Of a stretch of DNA of 64,000 nucleotides, positions 9,465-19,291 are shown in pieces (position 1 is the stretch's first letter; every line of letters starts with the position of its first letter). Under the pieces are notes generated by a model. It was not told the DNA's origin, searched no databases, and was given only the letters and a program-made list of their open reading frames with translations. The position numbers and the translations under genes are program-made. This DNA is from an uncultured virus (IMG/VR IMGVR_UViG_3300015373_000001) (Duplodnaviria > Heunggongvirae > Uroviricota > Caudoviricetes): positions 1 through 64,000 of the IMG/VR virus record IMGVR_UViG_3300015373_000001, one strand, 5' to 3'.

Positions 9465-12400
9465 TTAAGCGGCTGCTGCCATCTCTCTGGACGGTTCCAG
9501 GTCGGCCGCGATCAGGTCTTCCAGGCGCTTGCGCTCGGCCATCGCCTCATTCAGCTCCTCCTCGTAGTCGAACGTCTTCTTGAGTTCCGAATCGATCGCC
9601 TCAGCCCGCCGCTGCAACGTCTGGGCGTAGTCCAGCGCCGTAGCCGCCTCGCGCCCGGCCGTGTTGATGGCGTTGTCGATGTAGCGCAGCAGCGCCATCT
9701 CATAGCCCTTGCGCAGCAGTTTGATCTGGGGGTTGCCGATCGGCGTCCACTTCCAGGAGTTCTTGGAGGTCAGTGAGACGGTCAGGATCGGGGCGCCGCC
9801 GGACCAGGTGACGGAGAATTTGACCCGGACGCCGCGCCATGTGCCCGCCTCCTGCTCGCAGCGGTGGGCGCGGGCGAAGCGGCCCGCTTCTGCCAGCGCG
9901 GCGGCGGCCTCCTCCTCCACGTCGATTCTGGTGGAGTGCTTCTCGTAGACCCGGTCGTGTTCGGCGGCGGCGATGCCTTCCCAGGAGGAGGCGTAGGACT
10001 TGTGGGTGCGGGCCGCCTGTTGGTAGTGGTGCTGGTCGGCCTTCATGCGGGCCAGGTCCCGGTGGTGGGCGGCGTACAGGTTGCGCAGCCGGGCCACTTC
10101 AGCTTGGGCGCGGGCCAGATCCAGGACCAGTTCCTGTCCGGTCGCGGCGGCCTTGATCTGGGCGTAGTCGAGGGTGTCGTCGCTGATCAGGTCGTCCACC
10201 TGGCGTACGTCCAGCTCCCCGGACAGGATCTGGAAGATGAAATGGCTCTTCCGTTCCAGGTGCTGCCACATGTAGGAGTCGAAAGATCCTTCGGTCACGT
10301 ACCGGAAGACCCACATGGTGTCGCAGAGGTTGCCGGGCCGGTCGCCACGGCCGTCTCTCTGCTCCACATCGGCCGGGCGCCAGGGGGCGTCCATGTGATG
10401 GATGGCGACCAGCCGGTCCTGGGCGTTGACGCCCGTGCCGCCCTTCTCCGTGGACACGAACAGGACCGCGATGTCGCCGTCACGGCACTGCTTGAACAGG
10501 AACGCCCGCTCCAGGTCGGTTTTGGCGGCGTGGATGAACTGGATCAGGCGGCGGGGTACGCCAAAGTGAACCAGCAGGTCACGTGTTTCGCCGTACACCT
10601 GCGGGTCGCCGTCACGCGGGGTACCCAGGTCGCAGAAGATGAACTGACAGGTTCCGGGTTTGCCGTCGCCCCACAGCAGACCCTTGGAGGAGTCCGGCCA
10701 CGTCCAATCCTTCGTCTGGTGGTAGATGCGGGCGACGTTGGCCGCGACCACGTCCGGCTTGCCCGGCTCGGCGGAGTCGAGGCCGACCAGCGGCAGCCAC
10801 AGGGCGGCCTTCCTGCCGTCGTTGCAGACCGACAGCATGTTGTCGTCCACCATGCGCTGCTTGGTCTCGGAGTAGCGCGGTAGCGGCTTTCCGAGGCGAA
10901 TCTTGTCGGCCCGGCGTACCAGCTCTTCGATGAACGGCTTCAGCTCCGGCTGGCCCTGCACCTTGACGATCTCGCGGACGACCCGGCCCGGCCCGTCCAG
11001 TTTGAGCTGGTGACGGGTGCGCACATCCATCGTCTCGCCGAGCATCAGCCGCAGTTCGGGGACGTTGACGAACTTGGACGGGCGGCGGTGCATCCGGAAT
11101 CCGGCACCGTCCGGCGTAACCTCGATCTTCGATTCGAAGGTGACGAACATGCCTGCGAACGCGTCGAAGCTGCACAGGTCCCACTCCTTCAGCCGTTCCA
11201 CGGTGTTGGTGTAGCGCAGCAGCGTGTACGCCTCAGCCAACGTGTTGGAGATCGGCGTGCCGGTGAACCCGGCGAAGGCGCGGCCGTACGTGGTCAGCAG
11301 CCAGGAGATCTTCATGAAGGCGTCTTCGGCCCGCTTGGACGCGGGCATCGCGAAGCCTTCGGTACGGCAGGGAGAGAACAGGTTCTTGAAGTAGTGGAAC
11401 TCGTCGATCATCAGGAAGTCGATGCCGAGAAGATCGAAGAACAGGCCGTCGTCGCGGCCCGGCCGCTTACGCGTGTGCCGCATCGCGGCGGCTTCTTCGT
11501 CCAGAACGAAGCACTCGCCCTCGAACACCTCCGGCTGCGGCTTGCCCCAGCTGGACAGGGCGGCGTGCCGCTGCTTCAGCTTCATGACCTGCTTGGCCAG
11601 CCGCTTGACGGTGCGCGAGTTGTCCAGGCCGTCAGCGGTCATCGCCTCTTCGATGGCGGCGATCTGGTCGGCGATGAAGTCCGCTTCGAGCGCCGGACTG
11701 ACCGGGATGGAGGTGAACTGCTGAACCGTCATCACGATCATGTCCCAGTCGGCGGAGGCGACCTTGGCGGCGAAGTACTTGCGCCGCTTCGGGTTCAGGT
11801 CGGCCTTGGTGACCATGAGGATGCGGGCGCCCGGGTAGACGCGCCGGAATTCGGCCGCCGTCTGTTCCAGTAGGTGGTTGGGGACGACCGCGCACGGCTT
11901 GTTGATCAAACCGAGTCGTTTCATCGTCTGACCGATCATGATCATCATGGCGGTTTTTCCGCCACCCACCGCCGTCGCCACGATCGTCGTCGGTGACGCC
12001 GACGCCCGCGCCACCATCGCGTTCTGATGGTCATACGGCGTGAACCCGGCCGCCATGCCGGGATAGGTGAACATGGAGCCGTCGAACTTGCGCAACCGGA
12101 CCGCGTTGTAGGCCCAGTTGTACAGGTGGCACAGCCGGTCGGAACGGTCCGGGTTCGTCCACACCCACGTGCCGAACGTCTCCTGAATCGCCTTCGTGCG
12201 CTCCTCGGCGAGCTGCGTCTCCGCCTGATTGCGGACCTTCTTCGTCTTCGTCTTGCCCGGCCGGTCCGGGTCGGGCACCTCCACCTCATCCCAGGCGACC
12301 GGCGCGCTCCCGTTCAACGCCTTCTCGATCAGATCGACGGCGTTGAACCGGGCGGTTCCCCACCTGGTTGTCGCGGTCACCTTGTGCCGTGCCGGGGGCG

Positions 12401-14450
12401 CCGACACCTCCCACGACGCCGTCAGCTTCTCGTGCCGGACCGTCACCTTCTCCGACTCGTCATTGGAGAAGCTGGTGGACAGTCCGAACAGGGCGACGAT
12501 GAAGTCCTTGACCACGTCAGCGGGGACCCATGGTGCGCCGAGCCGGGCGGCGATGTCGGACGGGCCCAGATCCACCGGCTGAACCTGCGTCAGCGCGGCC
12601 ACATTCGCCCACCACCGCTCCGGCTCCTCATCGTTGGCGACCATGTCCTCGGCGACCTGCAACTTCTCGCGGACGTTGCCGGACAGGTACTCTTCCGCCG
12701 GAACCCACCGGTCGTCAGCCGGGTCGCAGAAGGCGAGGCCGGTCAGGTGATTCGGCACCTCAGCCTCGGAGACGTCGAGGAGGCGGGCCAGCGTCGGCAG
12801 ATCCAGGTAGCCGTGTTCGTCCCAGCACAACGCGACAGCCTCGGCCGGATTGTCGGCCCGCTGCTTACGCACCGGCCGCCGGTTGACGCGGCGCAGCAGA
12901 ATGTCGGCGGGCTCCTCGGTCCGGTCCTCCTCACTCCACCGGCCCAATGCCAGCACCGTCGGATAGTCCGGGTCGCCCGGCCGGTCTCCGATGCCCCGGA
13001 AGCCGCCCAGGTTCGGGGTGCGCCGGTTGAAGGTCGGAAACCCGGTCTCCTCATCGACGGGCCCGGCGGTGAGCGTGGACCGGTTCAGCGGGCCGAACCG
13101 GTCCACATAGGAGCGGTAGAGCGTCGCCGTGTGCTCCCGCAGTGGCGTGATGTCGGCGTCCGGCTTGTCAAGGTCGGCGTCGGCGGTGAACAACTCGACG
13201 GCGGCGTCTCGCAGCAGGATCAGATGCTTCAGCTCATCGGACGGCTTGGAGACCGGCTCATGGTTGCCGTTGAGGACTTGCGTGACCGCGCCGTCCTCGC
13301 CCAGGTGGAACGAGCCTTCTTTGTCGTCGGTGGTGGTCACTTGGATGGTGTCGGTAAGCCGTTCGGCCGCCTGCCACACCTTCCCGCCCGCGTGGGCGTG
13401 CGCGACCAACTTGTTCACTGCGTTGGCCAGCAGCTCTACCGGGTCGGCTCCGGCGGGCGGGATGACGTCCAGGGTGGCGCCGTGCTGCTGCCCGCCGCGC
13501 GGGTGCATGGCGCCCAGCACCATTTCCGGATGGGCGCCCCAGTAGTCGTTGACGGTGGTGAGCAGGTGGTCATGCGTGCGTGCGTGCTTCCAAGCGCCCA
13601 CCTCCACCCCGTCGTCGGCGTACGGGCGGCGCCGCAACACCACGATGTCGGCCACGCCCCGGAATCCGAGACTTGAGAACGCCCCCGACGGCAGACGGAT
13701 CGCGCCGACGAACTCACCGAGCCGGGAGTAGAACGTGCGCGCCAACGGGTTTTCGGCGTCCATCGTGTAGCGGGAGGTGATGAGGATGGCCAGCCCGCCC
13801 GGGTGCAGCCCTTTCAGAGCTCTCCACAGGAAGTAGCTGTGCAGGGTGGGCGTGAATCCGGCTTCGTCGGCGGGCCAGGCGGCGTCATAGATCGGCACCT
13901 TGGCGAACGGGACGTTGCCGATGGCGGCGTCAAAGGCGCCGATCCGGAACGCGGTCCGTTCCAGCGGCTTGTTGATGATGGTCGCGCCGTGGTGCAGGCG
14001 GGCGGCGATCCCGGCGGAGGTGGGGTCGATCTCGACGCCGGTCCAGTCCACGTCCAGGCCGGGCGGGGTGGCGGCGATGAAGTTGCCCGACCCGCAGCCC
14101 GGCTCCAGTACCCGGCCGCCGGGGAACCCGAGCCGGATCAGCAGATCCCACATGGCCGCCGAGATCGCCGGGGTGGTGTAGAAGCTGGTGGCGGTGGCTT
14201 CCTTGGCCGCCGTCTCCTCCTGCGGCGATAGAAGCTCCGACAGCTCATCCACGACGTCTTTCCAGCCGCCGGTCAGCCGATGCCGCTTGTAGGGGTCTAC
14301 GGCATCGGCCAGCGGCCCCCAGCCGGTCCAGCCGGACAGGTCGGCGCGTTCGTCAGCGGCCAGTACACGGCCGGGCGGGATGGTTTTGTGGGCGCGTAGT
14401 GCGGCCAGGCTTGCTTGGGCAAGGGCCAGCGGCCCCAGGGTGTCAGACAA
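9465..14450 (-). CDS. DNA methylase + SNF2-type helicase fusion (DarB-like)
   Basis: VLEPGCGSG, IGNVPF, EEYLSGNVREKL, GGGKT, IDEFHYFKN, TGTPISN, GTGVNAQ, QRDGRGDRPGN. Confidence 0.9.
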   Translation of the reverse strand: MSDTLGPLALAQASLAALRAHKTIPPGRVLAADERADLSGWTGWGPLADAVDPYKRHRLTGGWKDVVDELSELLSPQEETAAKEATATSFYTTPAISAAMWDLLIRLGFPGGRVLEPGCGSGNFIAATPPGLDVDWTGVEIDPTSAGIAARLHHGATIINKPLERTAFRIGAFDAAIGNVPFAKVPIYDAAWPADEAGFTPTLHSYFLWRALKGLHPGGLAILITSRYTMDAENPLARTFYSRLGEFVGAIRLPSGAFSSLGFRGVADIVVLRRRPYADDGVEVGAWKHARTHDHLLTTVNDYWGAHPEMVLGAMHPRGGQQHGATLDVIPPAGADPVELLANAVNKLVAHAHAGGKVWQAAERLTDTIQVTTTDDKEGSFHLGEDGAVTQVLNGNHEPVSKPSDELKHLILLRDAAVELFTADADLDKPDADITPLREHTATLYRSYVDRFGPLNRSTLTAGPVDEETGFPTFNRRTPNLGGFRGIGDRPGDPDYPTVLALGRWSEEDRTEEPADILLRRVNRRPVRKQRADNPAEAVALCWDEHGYLDLPTLARLLDVSEAEVPNHLTGLAFCDPADDRWVPAEEYLSGNVREKLQVAEDMVANDEEPERWWANVAALTQVQPVDLGPSDIAARLGAPWVPADVVKDFIVALFGLSTSFSNDESEKVTVRHEKLTASWEVSAPPARHKVTATTRWGTARFNAVDLIEKALNGSAPVAWDEVEVPDPDRPGKTKTKKVRNQAETQLAEERTKAIQETFGTWVWTNPDRSDRLCHLYNWAYNAVRLRKFDGSMFTYPGMAAGFTPYDHQNAMVARASASPTTIVATAVGGGKTAMMIMIGQTMKRLGLINKPCAVVPNHLLEQTAAEFRRVYPGARILMVTKADLNPKRRKYFAAKVASADWDMIVMTVQQFTSIPVSPALEADFIADQIAAIEEAMTADGLDNSRTVKRLAKQVMKLKQRHAALSSWGKPQPEVFEGECFVLDEEAAAMRHTRKRPGRDDGLFFDLLGIDFLMIDEFHYFKNLFSPCRTEGFAMPASKRAEDAFMKISWLLTTYGRAFAGFTGTPISNTLAEAYTLLRYTNTVERLKEWDLCSFDAFAGMFVTFESKIEVTPDGAGFRMHRRPSKFVNVPELRLMLGETMDVRTRHQLKLDGPGRVVREIVKVQGQPELKPFIEELVRRADKIRLGKPLPRYSETKQRMVDDNMLSVCNDGRKAALWLPLVGLDSAEPGKPDVVAANVARIYHQTKDWTWPDSSKGLLWGDGKPGTCQFIFCDLGTPRDGDPQVYGETRDLLVHFGVPRRLIQFIHAAKTDLERAFLFKQCRDGDIAVLFVSTEKGGTGVNAQDRLVAIHHMDAPWRPADVEQRDGRGDRPGNLCDTMWVFRYVTEGSFDSYMWQHLERKSHFIFQILSGELDVRQVDDLISDDTLDYAQIKAAATGQELVLDLARAQAEVARLRNLYAAHHRDLARMKADQHHYQQAARTHKSYASSWEGIAAAEHDRVYEKHSTRIDVEEEAAAALAEAGRFARAHRCEQEAGTWRGVRVKFSVTWSGGAPILTVSLTSKNSWKWTPIGNPQIKLLRKGYEMALLRYIDNAINTAGREAATALDYAQTLQRRAEAIDSELKKTFDYEEELNEAMAERKRLEDLIAADLEPSREMAAAA

Positions 14451-14516
14451 GGGGGGACTCCTGTTCTGTCCCGGGGGTCGCTCAACCCTGGGACTACCCT
14501 CCGATTATACAGTCAT

Positions 14517-15074
14517 TTAACGCTTGTCGGTAGGGGTTTGAATGGTGGGCTGAACCTCCTCCAGGCCCAGGCGGCGGGTGAAGATGCCGCGCGGCAAGAA
14601 CCGGGCCTCATGAGCCTCGTACTCGCCGATCGCGAAGACGTACTCCCACGCCTTCGGATCCTTGCGAGATACCCACAGCCGGGCGCGGTCCTGGTTGGCC
14701 TCCGCCCGCTCCGGGTCCGCGTACGGGCCCAGTAGTTGCAGCGTCTTACCCCGATAGGTGGCGGTCACGTAGAAGCCGTGGGTGAGCGGTTCAGGCTGCG
14801 GCCACGGCCGCGAACCGGCCGGAACCTCCTCCGGGTCGGCCTTATACCAGGAGCAGTCGTAGCGGCCCTCCAGGCTTCCTGGGGCCGTCTCCGTCCACTC
14901 CGCCGGGGTTCGACCCAGCAGGGCGGTCAGGATCAGCCCACATTCGCCGCCGCCGCTTCCGCGTGCGCCGCTGTCTCGGATGCAGGTTCCGCACCAAGCG
15001 TCCATCCAGGCTTCGCCCTCGGTGCTGTTGGAGAAGGGCGAACCCTCGCGGGGTTCGCCCGGGATGCACGTCAT
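14517..15074 (-). CDS. Hypothetical protein
   Basis: FSNSTEGEAWMDAWCGTC; coupled to upstream ORF. Confidence 0.6.
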   Translation of the reverse strand: MTCIPGEPREGSPFSNSTEGEAWMDAWCGTCIRDSGARGSGGGECGLILTALLGRTPAEWTETAPGSLEGRYDCSWYKADPEEVPAGSRPWPQPEPLTHGFYVTATYRGKTLQLLGPYADPERAEANQDRARLWVSRKDPKAWEYVFAIGEYEAHEARFLPRGIFTRRLGLEEVQPTIQTPTDKR

Positions 15075-15280
15075 GCCTCCTGCTTTCCGGCGATCCGGTT
15101 GAGGATGTCGGCCGACATCCAATCCGGCACGACACCGTTCGCGATGGCCGCCAGGCCAGCGAACTCGCGGGCCAGTTCCACGCGGTTCTTGTTCAGCGTG
15201 TCCCGGTATTCCACGTTGACATCTTCGTTCGTCTTGACGGCCTTGCGTAGCAACACCGCCGCTTCTTCCAGGTAGCTCAT
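15071..15280 (-). CDS. Hypothetical protein
   Basis: 69 aa, GGAG RBS. Confidence 0.6.
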   Translation of the reverse strand: MSYLEEAAVLLRKAVKTNEDVNVEYRDTLNKNRVELAREFAGLAAIANGVVPDWMSADILNRIAGKQEA

Positions 15281-15304
15281 GTTTTGCTCCCTTTTCTGTG
15301 GTGG

Positions 15305-15697
15305 TCAGGCGGCGATCGGGATGACCGCCGCCGTGGGGAAGGAGAACCAGATCGTCGTCTGCTCCCCGGCGACGTCGATGCCGTAGGCGGGGGCGAGGGC
15401 GGCCATGAGGCTGAGTCCGCGCCCGTTCTCCGACTCGACGTCGGCGAAGCCGGTGTCGATCGCCTGCGGCTGCCAGGGCAGGCCGGTGTTGGTGAACGTC
15501 ACCGTGACGTCGGCGCCGTGGTCGATGGCCACGGAGAAGCGGGCGCCAAGCCCGTGCCGTACGGCGTTCTGCGCCAGTTCGGACGCCAGGAGGCGGGCGT
15601 CTTCCATGTCGGGGTGTCCGGCAAAGTGGTCCGCGACGAATGCGCGGGCGGCGGGCACCATCGCGGCGGTGGCCGCGTACTCCTTGAACGTGTCCAT
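15305..15697 (-). CDS. HATPase_c / RsbW-like anti-sigma factor
   Basis: VPAARAFV...LLASELAQNAVRHG N-box, ENGRGLSLM G-box; AGGAGG RBS. Confidence 0.8.
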   Translation of the reverse strand: MDTFKEYAATAAMVPAARAFVADHFAGHPDMEDARLLASELAQNAVRHGLGARFSVAIDHGADVTVTFTNTGLPWQPQAIDTGFADVESENGRGLSLMAALAPAYGIDVAGEQTTIWFSFPTAAVIPIAA

Positions 15698-15793
15698 GGT
15701 CGCTCCTCCTGGATCGTTCCTTCTGTCTATACAATAGATACCATCATTTAGCGTGTTCAACCATCTAGCGCGTGTCGAAATGGCGATGTCACC

Positions 15794-15834
15794 AAAAAGG
15801 AAGCCCCCTTCCCAGATTGGGGAAAGGGGCTTCC
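15794..15834 (-). terminator. Rho-independent terminator
   Basis: GGAAGCCCC stem followed by U5 on the minus strand. Confidence 0.7.
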
Positions 15835-15852
15835 GTCGGCGGAAGGCTGTAG

Positions 15853-16572
15853 TCAGCGCGGCAATGCCCGCTGCCGGTTCTCCAGGCCGGTGCCGCCCAG
15901 GTTCGCCCGCGAACCCGCCGCCTCGCCGTCCTGCCATCCGGCGGCGCTCGACGACGGCGCCGTTTTGCGGCGCTTCAGGCCAGGATTGGCTTCCTTGAAA
16001 AATGCCTCCACCCGCTGCTCGCGACTGGCCAGGACGAGCGCTTTGCTGGTGCCAACCTCCGAATCCTCCGCTTCGTTGACTGCTTGCGCTTCTCGTGCCA
16101 TGACCATCTGAACGGCCTTCCAGATGAACCCCTTGATCCATGAGTTGCGGTATGCGCGGCTGTTCTCCCCGTAGGGCGTCTTCAGCCGGTTCAGGGCTGA
16201 GGTGACCTGTAGTAGTAGCGACGTATAGAGCAGTTCAACTCGGTCGATGTCCGACTCGAACCCGTAGATGTGCGCGATCCGGTAGTGACGGCCGCTGGTC
16301 GTGAACATCACCTTGCATCGCATGGCGTCGGCCAGCCAGGAGAACAGCTCCATTCGGCGAGCCGCGTGTTGGCCGCCGTGCATCTCAATCCGCCGCATGG
16401 TCGGCTTGTCCTGCTTTGTCTCGGCTCCAAGCATGGCCTGGTCGATGCCGTATTTGGCGATCAGGGCGGCGGCGGCGCTGGTGAACGTGTCGCGCTCGTG
16501 CTCGTTGTCGGTCCGCTCCGCCTTGGCCAGTAGGTTGCGGATGCGCTCCAGGGTCTTGGTGGGGATGGTCAT
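15853..16572 (-). CDS. DUF2786 domain protein
   Basis: LERIRNLLAKAE..EHE....A..LIAKYGID; YGFESDIDRVELLYTSLLLQ. Confidence 0.85.
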   Translation of the reverse strand: MTIPTKTLERIRNLLAKAERTDNEHERDTFTSAAAALIAKYGIDQAMLGAETKQDKPTMRRIEMHGGQHAARRMELFSWLADAMRCKVMFTTSGRHYRIAHIYGFESDIDRVELLYTSLLLQVTSALNRLKTPYGENSRAYRNSWIKGFIWKAVQMVMAREAQAVNEAEDSEVGTSKALVLASREQRVEAFFKEANPGLKRRKTAPSSSAAGWQDGEAAGSRANLGGTGLENRQRALPR

Positions 16573-16820
16573 GCGGCTTCTCCTGTCAGGACGGAAAGGG
16601 TGTGGGCACCGACGCGGACGATATAGCCCGCTTCGGTCAGGGTGTGGTGCAGGTGGGCCGCGTCGTCCAGGGGGATCGAGGCCCAGGCGCGGCGTGGACC
16701 GCCGCCGTGGTGGCCGGTCACGGCGAGCTGGAAGTTGGTGAGGCCGTGCTGGATCAGGACGGTCAGCAGGGTCTGCTTCTCGCGCCGCAGTCGTGCGGCG
16801 TCGGTTTCGTGGTTGGCCAC
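16569..16820 (-). CDS. Hypothetical protein
   Basis: AGGAG RBS and GAGCGACC leader. Confidence 0.55.
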   Translation of the reverse strand: MANHETDAARLRREKQTLLTVLIQHGLTNFQLAVTGHHGGGPRRAWASIPLDDAAHLHHTLTEAGYIVRVGAHTLSVLTGEAA

Positions 16821-16944
16821 AGTGTCTTCTCCTGGTTCGGGGTCGCTCTCCCGTGGTGCTTCCACCACCCTAACACACGCGCTAAATGGTTGTATAGAGA
16901 CAGGGGAAGATAGGACAGTCATTTAACATCATCGACGAAAACCC

Positions 16945-16973
16945 TTGCGCCCCACACTGGGGCGCGGTACCTT
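16945..16973 (+). promoter_or_regulatory. Promoter for the Y RNA/Ro60 unit
   Basis: TTGCGC-17nt-TACCTT, 10 nt upstream of the first Y RNA. Confidence 0.6.
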
Positions 16974-16983
16974 CGGATCAGCA

Positions 16984-17060
16984 CCTCACCGAGATGCAGG
17001 CACCGGATACTTCACATCATTTGGGATACAAAAGTCCCGGCGCCGTCTTGATTCGGGAGG
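16984..17060 (+). ncRNA. Y RNA-like (short)
   Basis: 5' CCGAGATGCAGGCACCGG pairs with 3' CCGGCGCCGTCTTGATTCGG; same terminal motif as the adjacent RNA; upstream of TROVE gene. Confidence 0.8.
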
Positions 17061-17079
17061 GGCCCACACAAGCGCATAG

Positions 17080-17210
17080 CGTGTCCGAGATGCAGGTATC
17101 GGTTACTTCATCCTTCGAAATGATGACACTTAGGTTCGACTCCTGACTCCGGCCCAGGCCGGAGGCCGATGGCGGCAGTCTGTTACCGGCACCGACTTGA
17201 TTCGGACACG
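17080..17210 (+). ncRNA. yrlA: YrlA-type Y RNA (permuted tRNA mimic)
   Basis: Terminal stem CGTGTCCGA...CTTGATTCGGACACG; inside, T arm TTAGG-TTCGACT-CCTGA, 7-bp CTCCGGC-CCAG-GCCGGAG, D-like GCCG-ATGG-CGGC. Confidence 0.85.
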
Positions 17211-17216
17211 ACCCTC

Positions 17217-17264
17217 ATACGCAGATGGCCCTTCACCTCCACCGGTGAAGGGCCATCTGCGTAT
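17217..17264. repeat. Perfect 21-bp inverted repeat
   Basis: ATACGCAGATGGCCCTTCACC-TCCACC-GGTGAAGGGCCATCTGCGTAT. Confidence 0.9.
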
Positions 17265-17316
17265 CCGCACGCCAAACGGGCGTATGAGCGACACGCCCCA
17301 ACGAAAGGAGTCCCCC

Positions 17317-19002
17317 ATGGCCAAGTTCAACCGCAAGCCCACCGCTACGGACGCCGCCCAGGCCGCCGGAATCCCACTACCCGACCTCTCTACCGCCGAC
17401 GTCGCCGTCCCCCAGGCGGTCGGCCACGAAGGCGCACCCGGCTTCCTGCGCACCCCCGAGGGCGAACTTTTCATGCTCGGCGTCGTCAACATGGTCGGGG
17501 AGGACACCTTCTACGAGAAGGCCGCCGCCCGCGACAACCGGTTCGCTGAGCTGGTCCGCACCGTGGCCGTCACCAACCCCGAATGGCTGATGCAGTTCAT
17601 CGGCTGGCTGCGCAACAGCGCCAACATGCGGAGCGCGTCCGGCGTCGCCGCCGTCGAAATGGTCATGGCCCGCAAGGAAGCGAAGCTGCCCGGCTACGGC
17701 CGCCAGGCGGTCGCGCACGCGTGCGCCCGCGCCGACGAGCCCGGCGAGATCCTGGCCTACTGGCTGAACCGCTACGCCCCACAGGGCGGCAAGGCGGCCA
17801 AGTCCATGCCCGCCGCACTCCGGCGCGGCCTGGCCGACGCCGTGGCGAAGCTGTACAACGAGCGCAACCTGATCAAGTACGACTCCGACAAGGCCACCGT
17901 CCGGTTCGGTGACGTCGTGGAACTGGTACGCCCGACCACGTTCCGGCCGGAGATGCGCGGCACCGCGCAGGGCGAACTGCTGGAGTTCGCGATCGACGTC
18001 CGGCACAACCGCGACAACGGCATCCCCGCGTCGCTGACCGTGCTGCGCAACCGGGCGGAGATTCTGGCCGTTCCGCAGGAGGCACGAGCCCTGTACCTGG
18101 TCTCTCCGGAGCGGTACGGCGAACTGAAGGCGGCCGGGTTCACCTGGGAGCAGTTGGCCGGATGGCTACATGGCCCGATGGACGCCCTGGCATGGCAGAC
18201 CATCCTGCCGTCGATGGGCTACATGGCCCGATTGCGGAACTTGCGCAACTTCGACAAGGCGGGCGTGCCTGACGACGTGGCCGCCGGTGTGGCCGCCTAC
18301 CTGGCAGACCCGGACAAGGTGGCCAAGAGTCGCCAGTTCCCCTACCGGTTCCTGTCCGCGTACCTGGCCACCGACACCGAGCGGTGGCGTGACGCGTTGG
18401 AGAAGGCGCTACAGGCGTCCGTGGCCAACATTCCGGCCCTGCCCGGCCGCACACTCGTCCTGGTGGACACCTCCGGCTCCATGGAGGGGATGGGCCTCTC
18501 CGCCCGGTCGAAGATCAAGCCGGTGATGGCGGGCGCTCTGTTCGGCGTCGCACTGGCCGCCAAGGGCGACGGGGTGGACCTGTACGGGTTCGCCGACGGC
18601 TACCGGCCGTTCCGGCACGACGTCCGTACCGGCGCCTCCGTGCTGCGGCACACGCAGGCGTTCTGCGACAGGATCGGCCAGGACGGGCACGGTACGGCTA
18701 TCGCTGAGTCGGTCCGCAAGACGTACCAGGGTCACGACCGGGTCGTCATCGTCACCGATATGCAGACGTTCGCCTCCGACCACTGGGGCACCGGCGACGT
18801 CTCCTCGCAGGTCCCGGCGGAGATCCCGATGTACGCCTTCAACCTGGGCGGCTACAAGGTGACCGGCATCGACACGTCGCAGCCGAACCGGTACGAACTG
18901 GGCGGCCTGACGGACGCCACGTTCAAGATCTTGGGCGCGTTGGAGAACGGGGTAGACGGTCTGATGGCGATCGACGGGACACCGGCGGCGCTGACGCCGT
19001 AA
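17317..19002 (+). CDS. Ro60/TROVE domain RNA-binding protein with vWA domain
   Basis: EDTFYE, RADEPGE, MGYMARLRNLRNF, KSRQFPYRFLSAY, VLVDTSGSM (MIDAS), VIVTDMQ; AAAGGAG RBS. Confidence 0.93.
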   Translation: MAKFNRKPTATDAAQAAGIPLPDLSTADVAVPQAVGHEGAPGFLRTPEGELFMLGVVNMVGEDTFYEKAAARDNRFAELVRTVAVTNPEWLMQFIGWLRNSANMRSASGVAAVEMVMARKEAKLPGYGRQAVAHACARADEPGEILAYWLNRYAPQGGKAAKSMPAALRRGLADAVAKLYNERNLIKYDSDKATVRFGDVVELVRPTTFRPEMRGTAQGELLEFAIDVRHNRDNGIPASLTVLRNRAEILAVPQEARALYLVSPERYGELKAAGFTWEQLAGWLHGPMDALAWQTILPSMGYMARLRNLRNFDKAGVPDDVAAGVAAYLADPDKVAKSRQFPYRFLSAYLATDTERWRDALEKALQASVANIPALPGRTLVLVDTSGSMEGMGLSARSKIKPVMAGALFGVALAAKGDGVDLYGFADGYRPFRHDVRTGASVLRHTQAFCDRIGQDGHGTAIAESVRKTYQGHDRVVIVTDMQTFASDHWGTGDVSSQVPAEIPMYAFNLGGYKVTGIDTSQPNRYELGGLTDATFKILGALENGVDGLMAIDGTPAALTP

Positions 19003-19047
19003 CCTGGAACGGTTGTGCTAGCAACCAGCTGGGGCTTGCCCCGGCAA

Positions 19048-19089
19048 GTGAAACGCCCCGGCCCTGGGGAGGGTCCGGGGCGTTTTCAC
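19048..19089 (+). terminator. Terminator after TROVE gene (possibly bidirectional)
   Basis: AAACGCCCCGG/CCGGGGCGTTTT hairpin between convergent genes. Confidence 0.7.
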
Positions 19090-19096
19090 GTCTCTG

Positions 19097-19291
19097 TCAA
19101 CTGCCGTCGAGGTCGTAGACGAACGTGTTGCAGTACTCGTCAAGGGTCGAGTTCTCCCGTACGCGGTCGAACACTGAAAAGGCACGATTGAATGCGGCCC
19201 GGTCGCCGTTCTGACGGGCCTCCGCCATGTCGCGGCGGGCATTGATCATCCGAGTGGTGTTGTTGCTTCGACTGGGCTGCGATCTGGCCAT
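19097..19291 (-). CDS. Small hypothetical protein
   Basis: AAGGAG RBS; promoter TTGCAC-17-TAGGCT at 19334-19362. Confidence 0.65.
   Translation of the reverse strand: MARSQPSRSNNTTRMINARRDMAEARQNGDRAAFNRAFSVFDRVRENSTLDEYCNTFVYDLDGS

Noticed and set aside
17197..17316. N-terminal extension of the TROVE ORF
   Set aside because: Overlaps YrlA and the hairpin; the strong RBS precedes ATG 17317
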